A stretch of 59,146 nucleotides of DNA from a virus, in IMG/VR virus record IMGVR_UViG_2029527005_000013; one strand, written 5' to 3'. The position numbers and the translations under genes were made by a program. Below the pieces are notes generated by a model. It saw only the letters and a list, made by a program, of their open reading frames with translations. It searched no databases and was not told where the DNA came from. Position 1 is the stretch's first letter, and every line of letters starts with the position of its first letter. Shown here one piece after another: positions 28,128 through 37,911 of the stretch.

Positions 28128-29434
28128 AAGTTTATTTGGTAGGCGGCGCAGTCCGCGACGAACTGATGGGTGTTGAGAGCAAGGATCGGGACTATGTGGT
28201 CGTCGGATCGACCCACGAAGAGATGATGGCCCTCGGTTACGAGCAGGTCGGTGCGTCCTTCCCGGTTTACCTCCACCCAGAGACGAAGGAAGAGTACGCC
28301 CTGGCCCGAACTGAGCGTTCAACGGGGCCGGGGTATCACGACTTCGAGGTGGTGTTTGGGCCGGACGTTACTCTGGTGGAAGACCTCCGCCGCCGGGACC
28401 TGACAATCAACGCTATTGCGAAGGATCTGGATACCGGGTTGTACATCGACCCGTTCAACGGGATCTCCGACATTGTGAACAAGCGGCTGGCCTGTGTTCT
28501 GGACACAACCATGCGTGATGATCCGTTACGTATTTATCGCCTCGGTCGCCTGCTGGCCCGATACGGTGGTGAGTTCACTGTGGAAGAGTCCACGTTCTTC
28601 TCCTGCCGCCATGCAAGAGAAAACTTGGCTTCTCTCCCGAAAGAGCGTAAGATGGCAGAGATCCGCAAGTGCTTTGAGGATCAGTCCTCCAAGAACAAGC
28701 CGTCTCTGATGGTTGAGTTCCTGTGTGCGATGGACGAGATGCCGGAGGTGAACAACCTGAAGGGTGCATTGCAGCCTGCGGCTCACCACCCGGAGGGCGA
28801 TGCTTACGTCCACACGCTGCTGTGCTTGGATTATGCCCAGAGCCTGATGTCTTCGCCAGAAGTTAAGTGGGCGGTTCTGTGCCACGACTTGGGGAAGGTG
28901 CAGTTCTTTGAGTATGGCAACTTACACGGGCACGAAGAGGGTGGATTGCCTTACGTTCAGGCAATGAACGAACGTTTCGGAGTTCCAAACCTGTGGGCAG
29001 ATCTCGCATGGCGCGTCTGTGCAGATCATACCAAACTGCACCGGATCAACGAAATGAAGCCTCGTAAAGTCTTCGACCTGATGACCCGCATCAAGGCCAA
29101 CAAGGACGATAAGTTTGCGATGAAGTTCATGGAAGCCTGCCTGTGCGACGCCCGGGGCCGGGGGCCAGAGAAAATGTTTGACAACTACGACCAGGTACAT
29201 GTATTATGGGCGGGTGTTGTTGAGTTACATAAGCATCGTGCTGAAGTATCTGAGCAGTGCAAAGAAATTGCCGAGCGCCTGAAAGGTCGCCGGGAACTGA
29301 TTGCCCAAGAGGTTCGTTCGGTGAAAATTAAGTACGTGTCCCGCGCCCTGACCCGAGTCAAGGCTGAAATCAAAAAGTTAAGAGAGGAGGAAGGTTATGA
29401 CGGTAACGATTTACCTGTGTGGCGTCTTTATTAG
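28124..29434 (+). CDS. cca: Multifunctional tRNA nucleotidyltransferase (CCA-adding enzyme) with HD domain
   Basis: YLVGGAVRD.L.G..KD.DYVVVG, FPVYLHP, EYALARTER, DL.RRDLTINAIA, DPLR, HHPE.D...H, HDLGK. Confidence 0.93.
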   Translation: MKVYLVGGAVRDELMGVESKDRDYVVVGSTHEEMMALGYEQVGASFPVYLHPETKEEYALARTERSTGPGYHDFEVVFGPDVTLVEDLRRRDLTINAIAKDLDTGLYIDPFNGISDIVNKRLACVLDTTMRDDPLRIYRLGRLLARYGGEFTVEESTFFSCRHARENLASLPKERKMAEIRKCFEDQSSKNKPSLMVEFLCAMDEMPEVNNLKGALQPAAHHPEGDAYVHTLLCLDYAQSLMSSPEVKWAVLCHDLGKVQFFEYGNLHGHEEGGLPYVQAMNERFGVPNLWADLAWRVCADHTKLHRINEMKPRKVFDLMTRIKANKDDKFAMKFMEACLCDARGRGPEKMFDNYDQVHVLWAGVVELHKHRAEVSEQCKEIAERLKGRRELIAQEVRSVKIKYVSRALTRVKAEIKKLREEEGYDGNDLPVWRLY

Positions 29435-29726
29435 TGCTATTGTCTGGTTCTTTGGGATCAAAATCCGCCAGCGAGGGTATTACATCCCGATGCCACGTAA
29501 GTATGATGGTAACTTACTTGACCCGCTGGATAAGCCGGAACGTATAGACTGGACACTGCTGATGCTGGGTTGGTTTATCATATCGGTGGCGTGGCCTTTC
29601 TGCTGGACAGTCCTCATACTGTTCTACGTTGTGGCGTGGGTAGTTACCATTACAGGATGGGTCTGGACAAAGACAATCGGGAGCGAAACTTTCGCTCGTA
29701 AAGTTTTCGGTGTAAAAGGAGAGTAA
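29397..29726 (+). CDS. Membrane protein
   Basis: Hydrophobic helices, GGAGG RBS. Confidence 0.6.
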   Translation: MTVTIYLCGVFISAIVWFFGIKIRQRGYYIPMPRKYDGNLLDPLDKPERIDWTLLMLGWFIISVAWPFCWTVLILFYVVAWVVTITGWVWTKTIGSETFARKVFGVKGE

Positions 29727-29727
29727 T

Positions 29728-30027
29728 ATGTTGGCATTTTTAATTTCGTTTGTTAATACCGTGGCGGACTTTGCGTTCATCCCTTGGGTCTGGGTCCCGC
29801 TGGGCATCCTGACCTGGGTCGGGACGATTTACCTGTCGGCTAAAGGTTCAAACTCGTGGAACCGAGACGAGCATATCATGCTTGGTGCTATTATCGGGGT
29901 GATCCTCGGGTTTATCTCCCCGGCACTCTTGGCATTTTCCCCGGTGATTATCTTGGTAGTCCTTACTTTGGCTATCATTGTGTTTGCAGGGTCGTGTGTT
30001 GCTAAACTCTTGGGGGTTGACAAATGA
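29728..30027 (+). CDS. Membrane protein
   Basis: Three hydrophobic segments. Confidence 0.6.
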   Translation: MLAFLISFVNTVADFAFIPWVWVPLGILTWVGTIYLSAKGSNSWNRDEHIMLGAIIGVILGFISPALLAFSPVIILVVLTLAIIVFAGSCVAKLLGVDK

Positions 30028-30431
30028 CCGTATGGGAACTGATCGGCCTGTTGTCCCAATGCCAGCCCGGCGACCGGGTGTCTGTTCCGGTTGAGGTTGG
30101 ACACGTAACTATCGGCGGGACCCCGCGCCGGGATATTGAAGGGGTTGAACGTGGGTTCGACTGGGACAGTAAGAACGTCTTTTTGCACATTGGTGATCAA
30201 GACCGCTTGACAGTGATGTCCAAAGAAGAGTATATTGAACTCATCCGATACAAACAGTTGGTCAGCGGAGTGCGTGGCAAGCAGGACATTGAACATCTGT
30301 CGGACGTGTTTGTGAAGAAGGACTTCGTTATCGAACGTTTACGAGACATCTCGTCCCGTTTGGTTGAAGGAAAGCTGGAATCTTTCGAGATCTCGGATCT
30401 CATTACCGATATTACTGAGGAGAAATTATAA
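30024..30431 (+). CDS. Hypothetical protein
   Basis: MTV.ELI..L N-terminus common in phage proteins. Confidence 0.6.
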   Translation: MTVWELIGLLSQCQPGDRVSVPVEVGHVTIGGTPRRDIEGVERGFDWDSKNVFLHIGDQDRLTVMSKEEYIELIRYKQLVSGVRGKQDIEHLSDVFVKKDFVIERLRDISSRLVEGKLESFEISDLITDITEEKL

Positions 30432-30832
30432 TGGCGGCACCAACTTGGCAGTTCATCACCATCCTGGTATTTTTCTCACTGGGCGCGGTTCTTAACTTCG
30501 TCAGTATCGGCCTGATGTTGTTCCTGGAGAAGCTGAAGCCGGAGGCCCTGTCCTTCCCGCAGAAAGACCTCGGGTTCGGTGGGCTGTTATTCAAAACGTT
30601 GATGACTGGATTCGCCGCATACTTAACGTGGTCTCTGTACCAGTTTGCGCCGGGCGCTCTGAGTTTGGGTATCCTCGTTGTGCATTGGGCATCCCTGGTT
30701 GTCGGTTACATCATGAGCGTCAAGAACGCAGGTAAGATTAAAACGTACAGCTACGGTCAGCACATCTTCGGAACTCTGTACTGCTCCGCGATGCTTGCAG
30801 CGTTGATCACTTACGGTGTACAATGTCTGTAA
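30431..30832 (+). CDS. Four-TM membrane protein
   Basis: Four hydrophobic helices. Confidence 0.65.
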   Translation: MAAPTWQFITILVFFSLGAVLNFVSIGLMLFLEKLKPEALSFPQKDLGFGGLLFKTLMTGFAAYLTWSLYQFAPGALSLGILVVHWASLVVGYIMSVKNAGKIKTYSYGQHIFGTLYCSAMLAALITYGVQCL

Positions 30833-31056
30833 CGAAAGACTGTACGAACTGTGCGAACTTCACCCGGGTCAAAAAGCCCGGGTGGGTAGGACTTTGTGAA
30901 CTGCACGATTGGAGGATTAACGGTGGAAAATACCATTGTGAGCAGTGGAAGGGTAAAAAGCATCGTCGAGAAGCTGGAAAGTCACAAAGACGTATCGAAG
31001 GTGCTGATGCTATGTCTCGCCGGATCTCATGCGTATGGGACGGCGACGCCGACTAG
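30823..31056 (+). CDS. Small Cys-rich protein
   Basis: CxxC...G.C...C..W; its tail overlaps the next gene. Confidence 0.45.
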   Translation: MSVTKDCTNCANFTRVKKPGWVGLCELHDWRINGGKYHCEQWKGKKHRREAGKSQRRIEGADAMSRRISCVWDGDAD

Positions 31057-32047
31057 CGACACAGACATCCGTGGCATCATCGTGGCCCGCCCCGGGGTTA
31101 TCCGCGCCCCGTTCCGAACTCTCCGTGAAATGGGGATCGAGGACGAAGAGGACGGTAAGGTTTACGAACTGAACAACTTCATGGAATTGTTCTGCGACAT
31201 GAACCCAAACATCATTGAACTCGGCTTCACTGATGACCAAGCGACTCTGTACAAACACCCGGCGTGGGATGACCTGCGGTCTTTCCTGCCTCAGTTGCTG
31301 AACAAAAACGTTGCTTACCGCTTCGGTGGTTATGCAATGGCGCAGTTGAAGCGAATCAAGGGCCACAACAAGCACATCAACAACCCACTGCCGGAAGAGA
31401 AGCCTACCCAACTGGAGTTCTTCCGTTTGGTGCAGAGCTATCTGGATGTGAAGGTGCTGAAGCACGAAGACTTCATGCGTAAGCTGAACAATATGTCCGG
31501 CGTATGCACTCTGGTCCCATTCGGCGCAGACATCTACGGAGTGGTGCCGGATCATCGTGATGATGTGCAGCCGATGTTCAACCCGGATGGTTCAATTCGT
31601 AAATTGCAGTACGAAGAGATCCCGGATGCCGTCAAAAAGCAACCGCCGCTGTTCATCGTGAAGTATCTGCGTCAGGATCACGTTGTGGCGAAGGACAAAC
31701 ACCACAACTACTGGCAGTGGGTGAAGAATCGTAACCCGGCCCGTCATGAACTGGAAGAGAAGTACGGTTACGACACCAAACACGCTATGCACCTGGTCCG
31801 CCTGCTTCGCATGGGACAGGAAATCATGGAGACTGGTCAGGTTATCGTCCGTCGCCCGGACGCAGAGGAACTCCTCGGCATCCGCAACGGCACCCATGCT
31901 TACGAGGACATCGTGGAGTGGGCCGCTGACAAGGACAAACTGATCCGTGAGGTTCTGTACAAAGAGAGCAAGTTGCCGAAACACAGCAACAAGCAATTGG
32001 CGGAGGAACTGATCCTTTCCGTGCAGGACGCCGTATGGTCACAATGA
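30923..32047 (+). CDS. Pol-beta superfamily nucleotidyltransferase (RlaP/Nuc-transf-like)
   Basis: GSHAYG...SD.D.RG, NPN..E, YDTKHAMHLVRLL.MG.E; GTG start with GGAGG. Confidence 0.85.
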   Translation: MENTIVSSGRVKSIVEKLESHKDVSKVLMLCLAGSHAYGTATPTSDTDIRGIIVARPGVIRAPFRTLREMGIEDEEDGKVYELNNFMELFCDMNPNIIELGFTDDQATLYKHPAWDDLRSFLPQLLNKNVAYRFGGYAMAQLKRIKGHNKHINNPLPEEKPTQLEFFRLVQSYLDVKVLKHEDFMRKLNNMSGVCTLVPFGADIYGVVPDHRDDVQPMFNPDGSIRKLQYEEIPDAVKKQPPLFIVKYLRQDHVVAKDKHHNYWQWVKNRNPARHELEEKYGYDTKHAMHLVRLLRMGQEIMETGQVIVRRPDAEELLGIRNGTHAYEDIVEWAADKDKLIREVLYKESKLPKHSNKQLAEELILSVQDAVWSQ

Positions 32048-32532
32048 CGAACGGCAGGATGGCGTATCTCCTGTCTCTCGACACAATTCGGGCCAAGTGC
32101 CCGATTGTTCGGTGGATAGAGGAAAATATAAACACCGGGAAGGCAAACACCGACTACGGCGAGGGTTGCAAGGACGTTATCCAAGAAGTGAGCGTCAGGT
32201 TTGTAGAGACCGTCGATTTCGACGTGGTTGATGGAAAGGTTACCCGAGTGAACACCGGGTGGAAGTCAGAGCCTTATTTTGCTGATAGTGCGAAACCAAC
32301 CAAACAAGAGATTGACTTGCTGGAGGTGTGCGAGTATAGTCACTTTAAATGGCTGAGGACGTATTGCTTCGAGATCCTCGCCATAATTGACCACCCGCAT
32401 TCATGCAGCATTGACTACCACATCATGGAGGAGCCATGCGTCGGATGTGAGAAACAAGGCCCAGTCAACTATTTCCACAGGAAAGGTGTCTGGTCACATT
32501 ATTGTGGTGGTAGCCCTCGCTGCTGCCCGTAA
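32044..32532 (+). CDS. Hypothetical protein with Cys-rich tail (weak member of the C-terminal-motif family)
   Basis: YFADSAKPTKQEIDLLEVCEY; C-terminal C..C...CGGSPRCCP. Confidence 0.6.
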   Translation: MTNGRMAYLLSLDTIRAKCPIVRWIEENINTGKANTDYGEGCKDVIQEVSVRFVETVDFDVVDGKVTRVNTGWKSEPYFADSAKPTKQEIDLLEVCEYSHFKWLRTYCFEILAIIDHPHSCSIDYHIMEEPCVGCEKQGPVNYFHRKGVWSHYCGGSPRCCP

Positions 32533-32541
32533 GGAGGAGTG

Positions 32542-32802
32542 ATGTCTGATAAACCAGGTTATCATCTCGACAAGATCGAGAAACGCCGTTTCGGGTCTTT
32601 CGGCAAGATCCAAGAGGAAGTCGAGGAAGCCCTCGATGCTCATCGTCAGGGTAGCCACATCATGATGCTGGTCGAACTGTCGGATCTGTACGGGGCAATG
32701 GAGGGTTTCCTGAATGAGAACTATCCTGGCTTCAAGATGGAAGATCTGAAGAAGTTCGCAGGGATCACCCGCCGGGCATTCGAGAACGGTCACCGTGGAT
32801 AA
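32542..32802 (+). CDS. MazG/HisE-like NTP pyrophosphohydrolase
   Basis: KIQEEVEE..DA...ELSDL. Confidence 0.65.
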   Translation: MSDKPGYHLDKIEKRRFGSFGKIQEEVEEALDAHRQGSHIMMLVELSDLYGAMEGFLNENYPGFKMEDLKKFAGITRRAFENGHRG

Positions 32803-33184
32803 CCGCCGACTGATAAAGTGGCTGGATGTTCGTTACCATGCAAACTTCCCGATCTTCAAGCGGACGGTGGAACCCCTCATGGCGATGAGCCAGAAGTTGA
32901 GGGTCATTCACCGTCGCCCGGACGGGTCAGAACGTCTCTTGATTGAGTACGTCGAGCCAACAGGTGGTTGGGAGTGGGAAGTTAGCGTCGGGAAGAAAAA
33001 GATTGACCTCGGAAACATTTCCCGGTACTTTGAAGATACGAACAATATCAGCGACGAGGAGTGGGACCTGTTCGCCATGTGTGAACCGGAAGCAAATGCA
33101 ATGCTGGGCCAGATTACCCTTCAGGCAACCGATGCGGAGCTATTCCTGACTGGGAAAACACCAGCTTACGTGGAGAAATACTGA
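32795..33184 (+). CDS. Hypothetical protein, C-terminal-motif family
   Basis: YFEDTNNISDEEWDLFAMCEPE. Confidence 0.65.
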   Translation: MDNRRLIKWLDVRYHANFPIFKRTVEPLMAMSQKLRVIHRRPDGSERLLIEYVEPTGGWEWEVSVGKKKIDLGNISRYFEDTNNISDEEWDLFAMCEPEANAMLGQITLQATDAELFLTGKTPAYVEKY

Positions 33185-33777
33185 TGAAGTACCCAATGAG
33201 CATCGATGTGATTGCCCAAGCCCACCGTTGGTGGGGTCTGTGGTTCAAGGATAAGATGGTTCCAGCACTGGTTGACCCGGATGTCATGGCCCACACCTGC
33301 CCGCCGGGCGTACACGATGGTCGTCTGTACGGTGCAGGGACAGATACCGTTGTGGCCTCCGCCGAGCAGTCATTCCTCCAACTGGAGAAGGACGGGCAAC
33401 TGGAACCGGGAAACTGGATGGCGCTTACGCCGTGTTACCGAGATGAGCCTGTCATGGATGAAACTCACCTGCCAGTGTTCCTCAAGCTGGAACTGATGAA
33501 GCTGACGGACGATGTGAATTTCTACACCCGGACAGAGGCTCTGTGGGTGGCGACCAAGATGCAGAAGTTCTTCATGGAGTTCTATGCCATGCCGACGACC
33601 ATTTTAGAGACGGAAGACGGGTGGGATGTGATGTATGAAGATCTGGAACTCGGATCGTTCGGTGTGCGTCGAACCATGCGTGGTCACTCGTACATTTACG
33701 GCACCGGATTGGCAGAGCCGAGAGCCTCGATCGCATTGTTGCGTTTCAAGGAAAAGTGCATGAACACTTTTGACTAA
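33184..33777 (+). CDS. Stand-alone class II aminoacyl-tRNA-synthetase-like catalytic domain
   Basis: VASAEQSF, motif 2-like PCYRDE...DETH...F.K.E, ELGSFG, motif 3-like GTGLAEPR; no anticodon-binding domain. Confidence 0.65.
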   Translation: MKYPMSIDVIAQAHRWWGLWFKDKMVPALVDPDVMAHTCPPGVHDGRLYGAGTDTVVASAEQSFLQLEKDGQLEPGNWMALTPCYRDEPVMDETHLPVFLKLELMKLTDDVNFYTRTEALWVATKMQKFFMEFYAMPTTILETEDGWDVMYEDLELGSFGVRRTMRGHSYIYGTGLAEPRASIALLRFKEKCMNTFD

Positions 33778-33977
33778 AAATTCATTGTAAGGAATTGCCT
33801 ATTGACCAGATCCCGACGATAGGCATTTTCGATGTATTAAAACGGATTTTAACGATTTAATGTAAAGTGGAGAAAATTGTTGTGTAAAACGATAACATGA
33901 CAACTTTGTCAAGTGTCTCCTGTTGTATTTTTGCATAACATGGTAAAATAGGTTTTGCGGAAACCAACAACGGGAGA

Positions 33978-34427
33978 TTGGCTATGTTCTACACATACGT
34001 TTATCAACTTCCGATGGTCGAGGGCAACCTCGAACTGACCCGAGGTGATCGTCTTGAGTATACCTGCGGATCGATCCGGCGTTCAAAGGCCGACGATTGG
34101 GGTAACCGGGCGTTCGTCCTAACGGACCATGTTCGTGAGGTGACCTATCGCGTGACGAAAGAGGGAATGCTCGTGGAGTACCACGATGGCCCGTACTTCG
34201 TCAGGAACCCAGAGGTGTTGAAACACACTCCATTTGCCGTAACTGGGGATGAGGCGGAGATCAATTCCTTCCTTCTGCTCTGCAATCGGATGTCCGAGGA
34301 GCACAAGTACAGGAAGTCTTTCCGTGCCCGTTTGCGGTACTTTACAAGAGAGCCTGTCGGCAAGATCATCATTGCCGGGGCGATCATTTACGCCATAGCC
34401 ACAGCCGTAGTGCTGGTGCTTGGATAA
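33978..34427 (+). CDS. Hypothetical protein with C-terminal TM helix
   Basis: GGGAG RBS, upstream TGGTAAAAT extended -10. Confidence 0.6.
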   Translation: MAMFYTYVYQLPMVEGNLELTRGDRLEYTCGSIRRSKADDWGNRAFVLTDHVREVTYRVTKEGMLVEYHDGPYFVRNPEVLKHTPFAVTGDEAEINSFLLLCNRMSEEHKYRKSFRARLRYFTREPVGKIIIAGAIIYAIATAVVLVLG

Positions 34428-34476
34428 TCGGGTCGATCGTCGAAAGGCGGTCGGCCCTTTCTTTTTGGAGGTGACT

Positions 34477-35001
34477 GTGGCAGCAAATTTCAACAAGACG
34501 AAAGGTTTTGACCCCTCTATGCTCCCAGTGGGGATGCGGTTTGTTGGGACGATACACGGGATAACGTACCTCCCTAGCAACCCCATGTCTGGGGATGTGG
34601 TGTATGTGCAAGACCAGGATAAAATATACGCTTGGAACGGTGTCCACTGGTCTCAGGTCCGAATACAGCGTGGGCCTAACCAGGTTGTGACCGGGATAGA
34701 TGGGAGACCGTACTCCGTCAAAGGGTCCTCGTGGTACACCGTGGACGAAAACCCCATGACGTTCGAAAACAAGTTGACGTACAAGGGGATTTCCTCTACT
34801 ATCGTCTCTGAGCACAACATTGCCGAGCTTTTCTTCCGCCAGCACGACCTGACGAGGGAGGATATGGCCTTCTTCAAGATGACGTATCCGGCGGAGTTCA
34901 AAGAGTTCCGTGAGCAATGGGCTAAAAAGTGGGCCATCGAAAGGGCCAAAGACGAATTTGACGAATGGGAGGACGATCCATATGAGAAAAAGCGACGTTG
35001 A
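34477..35001 (+). CDS. Hypothetical protein, C-terminal-motif family
   Basis: LTYKGI...LTREDMAFFKMTYPAEF...W; GTG start with GGAGG. Confidence 0.65.
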   Translation: MAANFNKTKGFDPSMLPVGMRFVGTIHGITYLPSNPMSGDVVYVQDQDKIYAWNGVHWSQVRIQRGPNQVVTGIDGRPYSVKGSSWYTVDENPMTFENKLTYKGISSTIVSEHNIAELFFRQHDLTREDMAFFKMTYPAEFKEFREQWAKKWAIERAKDEFDEWEDDPYEKKRR

Positions 35002-35500
35002 AATCATGCGCGAGGTGTTTGGGCAAGGGGCACGTTGGATAGGCTGGAACCATTGGCTAAAGCACCAACCGATCTTTAAGTTCATCGAGCACAAGGTTGA
35101 GCAGGGGTTGGATGTACTGTCCACTAAGGACTTCTTCGTCCGCCTGACGAAGGAGGGGCACAGCAACTCCGAAACCATGATGTACGCCCACATCAACAAG
35201 CAGACCGGGGACCTGGATTCTGTGTTTGTCCCAACGTACTACGGGAAAGGCGCTGGCCTCACGGTTTGGGCTAACCGCTGCCGTTACAATGACGGTGAGC
35301 CGGGCAAAGGCCCGGTAGACATGAATGAAATGTTTGATGACCCGTGGCGTCCAACCGAGGACGAACTGGATCTGTTCTCCATGCTCTACGGTAATGAGCA
35401 GATCCTGATCGATATGAACAAGGAACTCTACGGCACGATCATGAAGTACAATCGCGCCGCCGGGGCAAATAATGTAGCAATCTTCTACCCTGTACAATGA
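34982..35500 (+). CDS. Hypothetical protein, C-terminal-motif family
   Basis: MFDDPWRPTEDELDLFSMLYG. Confidence 0.65.
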   Translation: MRKSDVEIMREVFGQGARWIGWNHWLKHQPIFKFIEHKVEQGLDVLSTKDFFVRLTKEGHSNSETMMYAHINKQTGDLDSVFVPTYYGKGAGLTVWANRCRYNDGEPGKGPVDMNEMFDDPWRPTEDELDLFSMLYGNEQILIDMNKELYGTIMKYNRAAGANNVAIFYPVQ

Positions 35501-35507
35501 GGAAAAC

Positions 35508-35966
35508 ATGAGCGAAATCAAAGACACAATTGAATTACTCTCCAGAGAGTGGACGTGGAATGCGGTGAAGGATCACCCGCAGCGTAAGATTCTCCTGACG
35601 AAAAAGACGATGGGTGGGATTGTGACGCAGGTAGCCACGGGGCCTAAATTCACCCGGGAGTTCAAGGTGCAGCACAAGCCAGAGAATAAGGATCTGCGTG
35701 TGTGGACCAAAACCACTGCCGGGCTTATTCAGTGGCGTACTTGCCCGGTGAAAGGGGACCGTCTGGTGTATCAGCCGTTCGGAGGGAATCGCCAGTCTGA
35801 GCGCCTGTCCTTGGAGGAAATCTTCATGGACCCGACCTGCGTCGAAGAGGATGAGGTGGAGATGTTCAAGATGTTGTATAGTGAACTGGAGCCACTGATC
35901 CCGTTGTTCAGTACAGCCATGTCGCAGTTTGACCACGTGTTGGAGGGTATTCATGGCAATAAGTGA
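35508..35966 (+). CDS. Hypothetical protein, C-terminal-motif family
   Basis: IFMDPTCVEEDEVEMFKMLYSE. Confidence 0.65.
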   Translation: MSEIKDTIELLSREWTWNAVKDHPQRKILLTKKTMGGIVTQVATGPKFTREFKVQHKPENKDLRVWTKTTAGLIQWRTCPVKGDRLVYQPFGGNRQSERLSLEEIFMDPTCVEEDEVEMFKMLYSELEPLIPLFSTAMSQFDHVLEGIHGNK

Positions 35967-36381
35967 AACTGCCGCACAAAAGTTGATAAGGGCACAGATC
36001 GAGATGCGGCGGGCGCGTCATGAGATGGACCAAGCCCTTATTCAAAGCGCTGTCACGGGTGTCCAGGGTTACAATCCCAACGCCTTTAGTGGTATGCAAG
36101 GTCCAAAGGGAGTGTGTGGAGAACCTGGCCCGCCGGGCCGTGACCGATACACCCTAACGTACTGCGGAATCCACTTCCTTGTGGAACTCCTGCCGTCAAC
36201 GTTCGATATGATCGAGGATGCCACCAACGTCAATGGTGATGAACTGGCATTCATCAAGGTCATCAATGAGGACGAGTGGAAGAGAATCCGTGGCGCATGG
36301 GCGCACAAATGGCAGCAGAATAAAGCCTTCGAGGCATTTGAAATGGGAGATCCTTGCAATGGGGAAGACTGGTTACAATGA
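35953..36381 (+). CDS. Hypothetical protein with short collagen-like linker, C-terminal-motif family
   Basis: GMQGPKGVCGEPGPPGRD then LTYCGI...IEDATNVNGDELAFI. Confidence 0.65.
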   Translation: MAISETAAQKLIRAQIEMRRARHEMDQALIQSAVTGVQGYNPNAFSGMQGPKGVCGEPGPPGRDRYTLTYCGIHFLVELLPSTFDMIEDATNVNGDELAFIKVINEDEWKRIRGAWAHKWQQNKAFEAFEMGDPCNGEDWLQ

Positions 36382-36826
36382 CTTGGCTGATGCGATTAGT
36401 GTGGGGATCTTCGCCAAAGATATGGCGAACACCTCCGACTCGACTGCATCGATATACACAACCGGGACAGGCATTGATTACTCAAAAATCAACAGTTTGC
36501 CTAACCCGGCGGGTCCGTGGACAACCACTAGGGAGAATCACATTTTCGATAAAGAAATGATTGAGAAAATCCTCAATATGCCTGCGAAGGGTGACTCTCT
36601 TGCCGGGAAGTTTGTGACGAAAAGGACCTTGAAATACAAAGGGATAACCTTCATCGTCAATTTGGAGGAGGAGGCAATGGAGTTCTTCGAGGACCCCAAA
36701 AACATCTCCAAAGAGGAACTCCAGGTCCTGAACGTGACGTTCCCGGAGTATTACAAAAGGATCGAGTCTGTCTGGACTGACGCTTACATCAAGGTGCAGG
36801 CCAAAAAAGTTTTCGAAAGTGATTGA
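36359..36826 (+). CDS. Hypothetical protein, C-terminal-motif family
   Basis: LKYKGI...FFEDPKNISKEELQVLNVTFPE. Confidence 0.65.
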   Translation: MGKTGYNDLADAISVGIFAKDMANTSDSTASIYTTGTGIDYSKINSLPNPAGPWTTTRENHIFDKEMIEKILNMPAKGDSLAGKFVTKRTLKYKGITFIVNLEEEAMEFFEDPKNISKEELQVLNVTFPEYYKRIESVWTDAYIKVQAKKVFESD

Positions 36827-36850
36827 CTCTGCCGTGGGCTGCTGTATAGT
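36823..36850 (+). promoter_or_regulatory. sigma70-like promoter, 16-bp-spacer class
   Basis: TTGACT-16-TATAGT. Confidence 0.65.
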
Positions 36851-36879
36851 AGCCCTATCGAAACGCAACGGAGAACAAA

Positions 36880-37056
36880 ATGAAAAAGGTATCAATCGGT
36901 GAGAAATTATTCGTCCTGTTTATCATTGGCTTACTGAGCTTCTTGACCACCTACCTCGGTGGATTAGGGATGGCAGGTGCAGCACTGAACGGACTTGGTT
37001 GGGGCCTCTTTGGTGCGGCATTCCTGTACTTCCGTAAGGCATCTCTCAATGGCTAA
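36880..37056 (+). CDS. Small membrane protein (58 aa)
   Basis: GGAG RBS after the promoter; two hydrophobic segments; absent from the ORF track. Confidence 0.55.
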   Translation: MKKVSIGEKLFVLFIIGLLSFLTTYLGGLGMAGAALNGLGWGLFGAAFLYFRKASLNG

Positions 37057-37345
37057 GTACACACGGTGGTCACCGTTACTGGTAATCATGATGAGCAAAG
37101 AATTGAAGGCGGAGTTCTTTGCTGATGATGAGGAAGATTTCGATGCCGGGTGGGATCTCTTCGAGACGATCCACCCAGACAAGGCAGAGGCCCTGTACAG
37201 CCTGCTGGCTCCAAAACTCAAAGAGATTGAGGAGTACATGGAATACCAGCGAGTAATGCAGGTCTTCTTGGCGAAGGGCGAAGCAGGAAAACGTGACGCA
37301 GCGATGGCTACCGTCAATTATCGAGCTAAACAACTGAATTGGTGA
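37049..37345 (+). CDS. Hypothetical protein (start uncertain)
   Basis: ORF in operon context. Confidence 0.55.
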   Translation: MAKYTRWSPLLVIMMSKELKAEFFADDEEDFDAGWDLFETIHPDKAEALYSLLAPKLKEIEEYMEYQRVMQVFLAKGEAGKRDAAMATVNYRAKQLNW

Positions 37346-37352
37346 GGAATAT

Positions 37353-37616
37353 ATGGAACTGCAAATGCACAAAGAAATCACAACTGAAGCACTGACGGCA
37401 GCGGCGCAGCCTATCCAGACTGGTCTGTTTATGGTGTTCGCTTACAACACCTACTACCCGGCGGGCGGGATGTCTGACTACATCGGGATGGCCCTGTCTC
37501 TGGACCAAGCCCGTGCTATGGTGGCGGATGTTGGTATTTACCGTGGTGGATACCAGATCGTTAACCACCGGAACATGGAGATTGTCGAAACTAAGCAGAT
37601 CGGGTGGGATAACTAA
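37353..37616 (+). CDS. Hypothetical protein
   Basis: FAY..YYP.GGM.D motif; GAGG RBS. Confidence 0.6.
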   Translation: MELQMHKEITTEALTAAAQPIQTGLFMVFAYNTYYPAGGMSDYIGMALSLDQARAMVADVGIYRGGYQIVNHRNMEIVETKQIGWDN

Positions 37617-37617
37617 G

Positions 37618-37911
37618 ATGAACAGATCTCGTTTCGGCGGTGTAGCTCTGATGGTAGTCCTCCCGGGGACGACATTCCAGGCTTCAAACTGCGGCTTTGC
37701 CCGGAACTGCCGGGACATGATCGTCACCATGTTCCCCGGTATTGACCGCTCCATCTTTGAACGCCCAGACATCATGCAGATGATGGACGAGGTTGACAAC
37801 GTGACCGGGGCCGTGTACATTTTAGACCCCGTGGAAGGACAGCCTGTTATGGCCCATTCCACTCTCGAAGGCTTGCAGAAGGAGTATGAGGAATGGTTGG
37901 ACCGTACATAG
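37618..37911 (+). CDS. Hypothetical protein
   Basis: ORF in operon context. Confidence 0.5.
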   Translation: MNRSRFGGVALMVVLPGTTFQASNCGFARNCRDMIVTMFPGIDRSIFERPDIMQMMDEVDNVTGAVYILDPVEGQPVMAHSTLEGLQKEYEEWLDRT

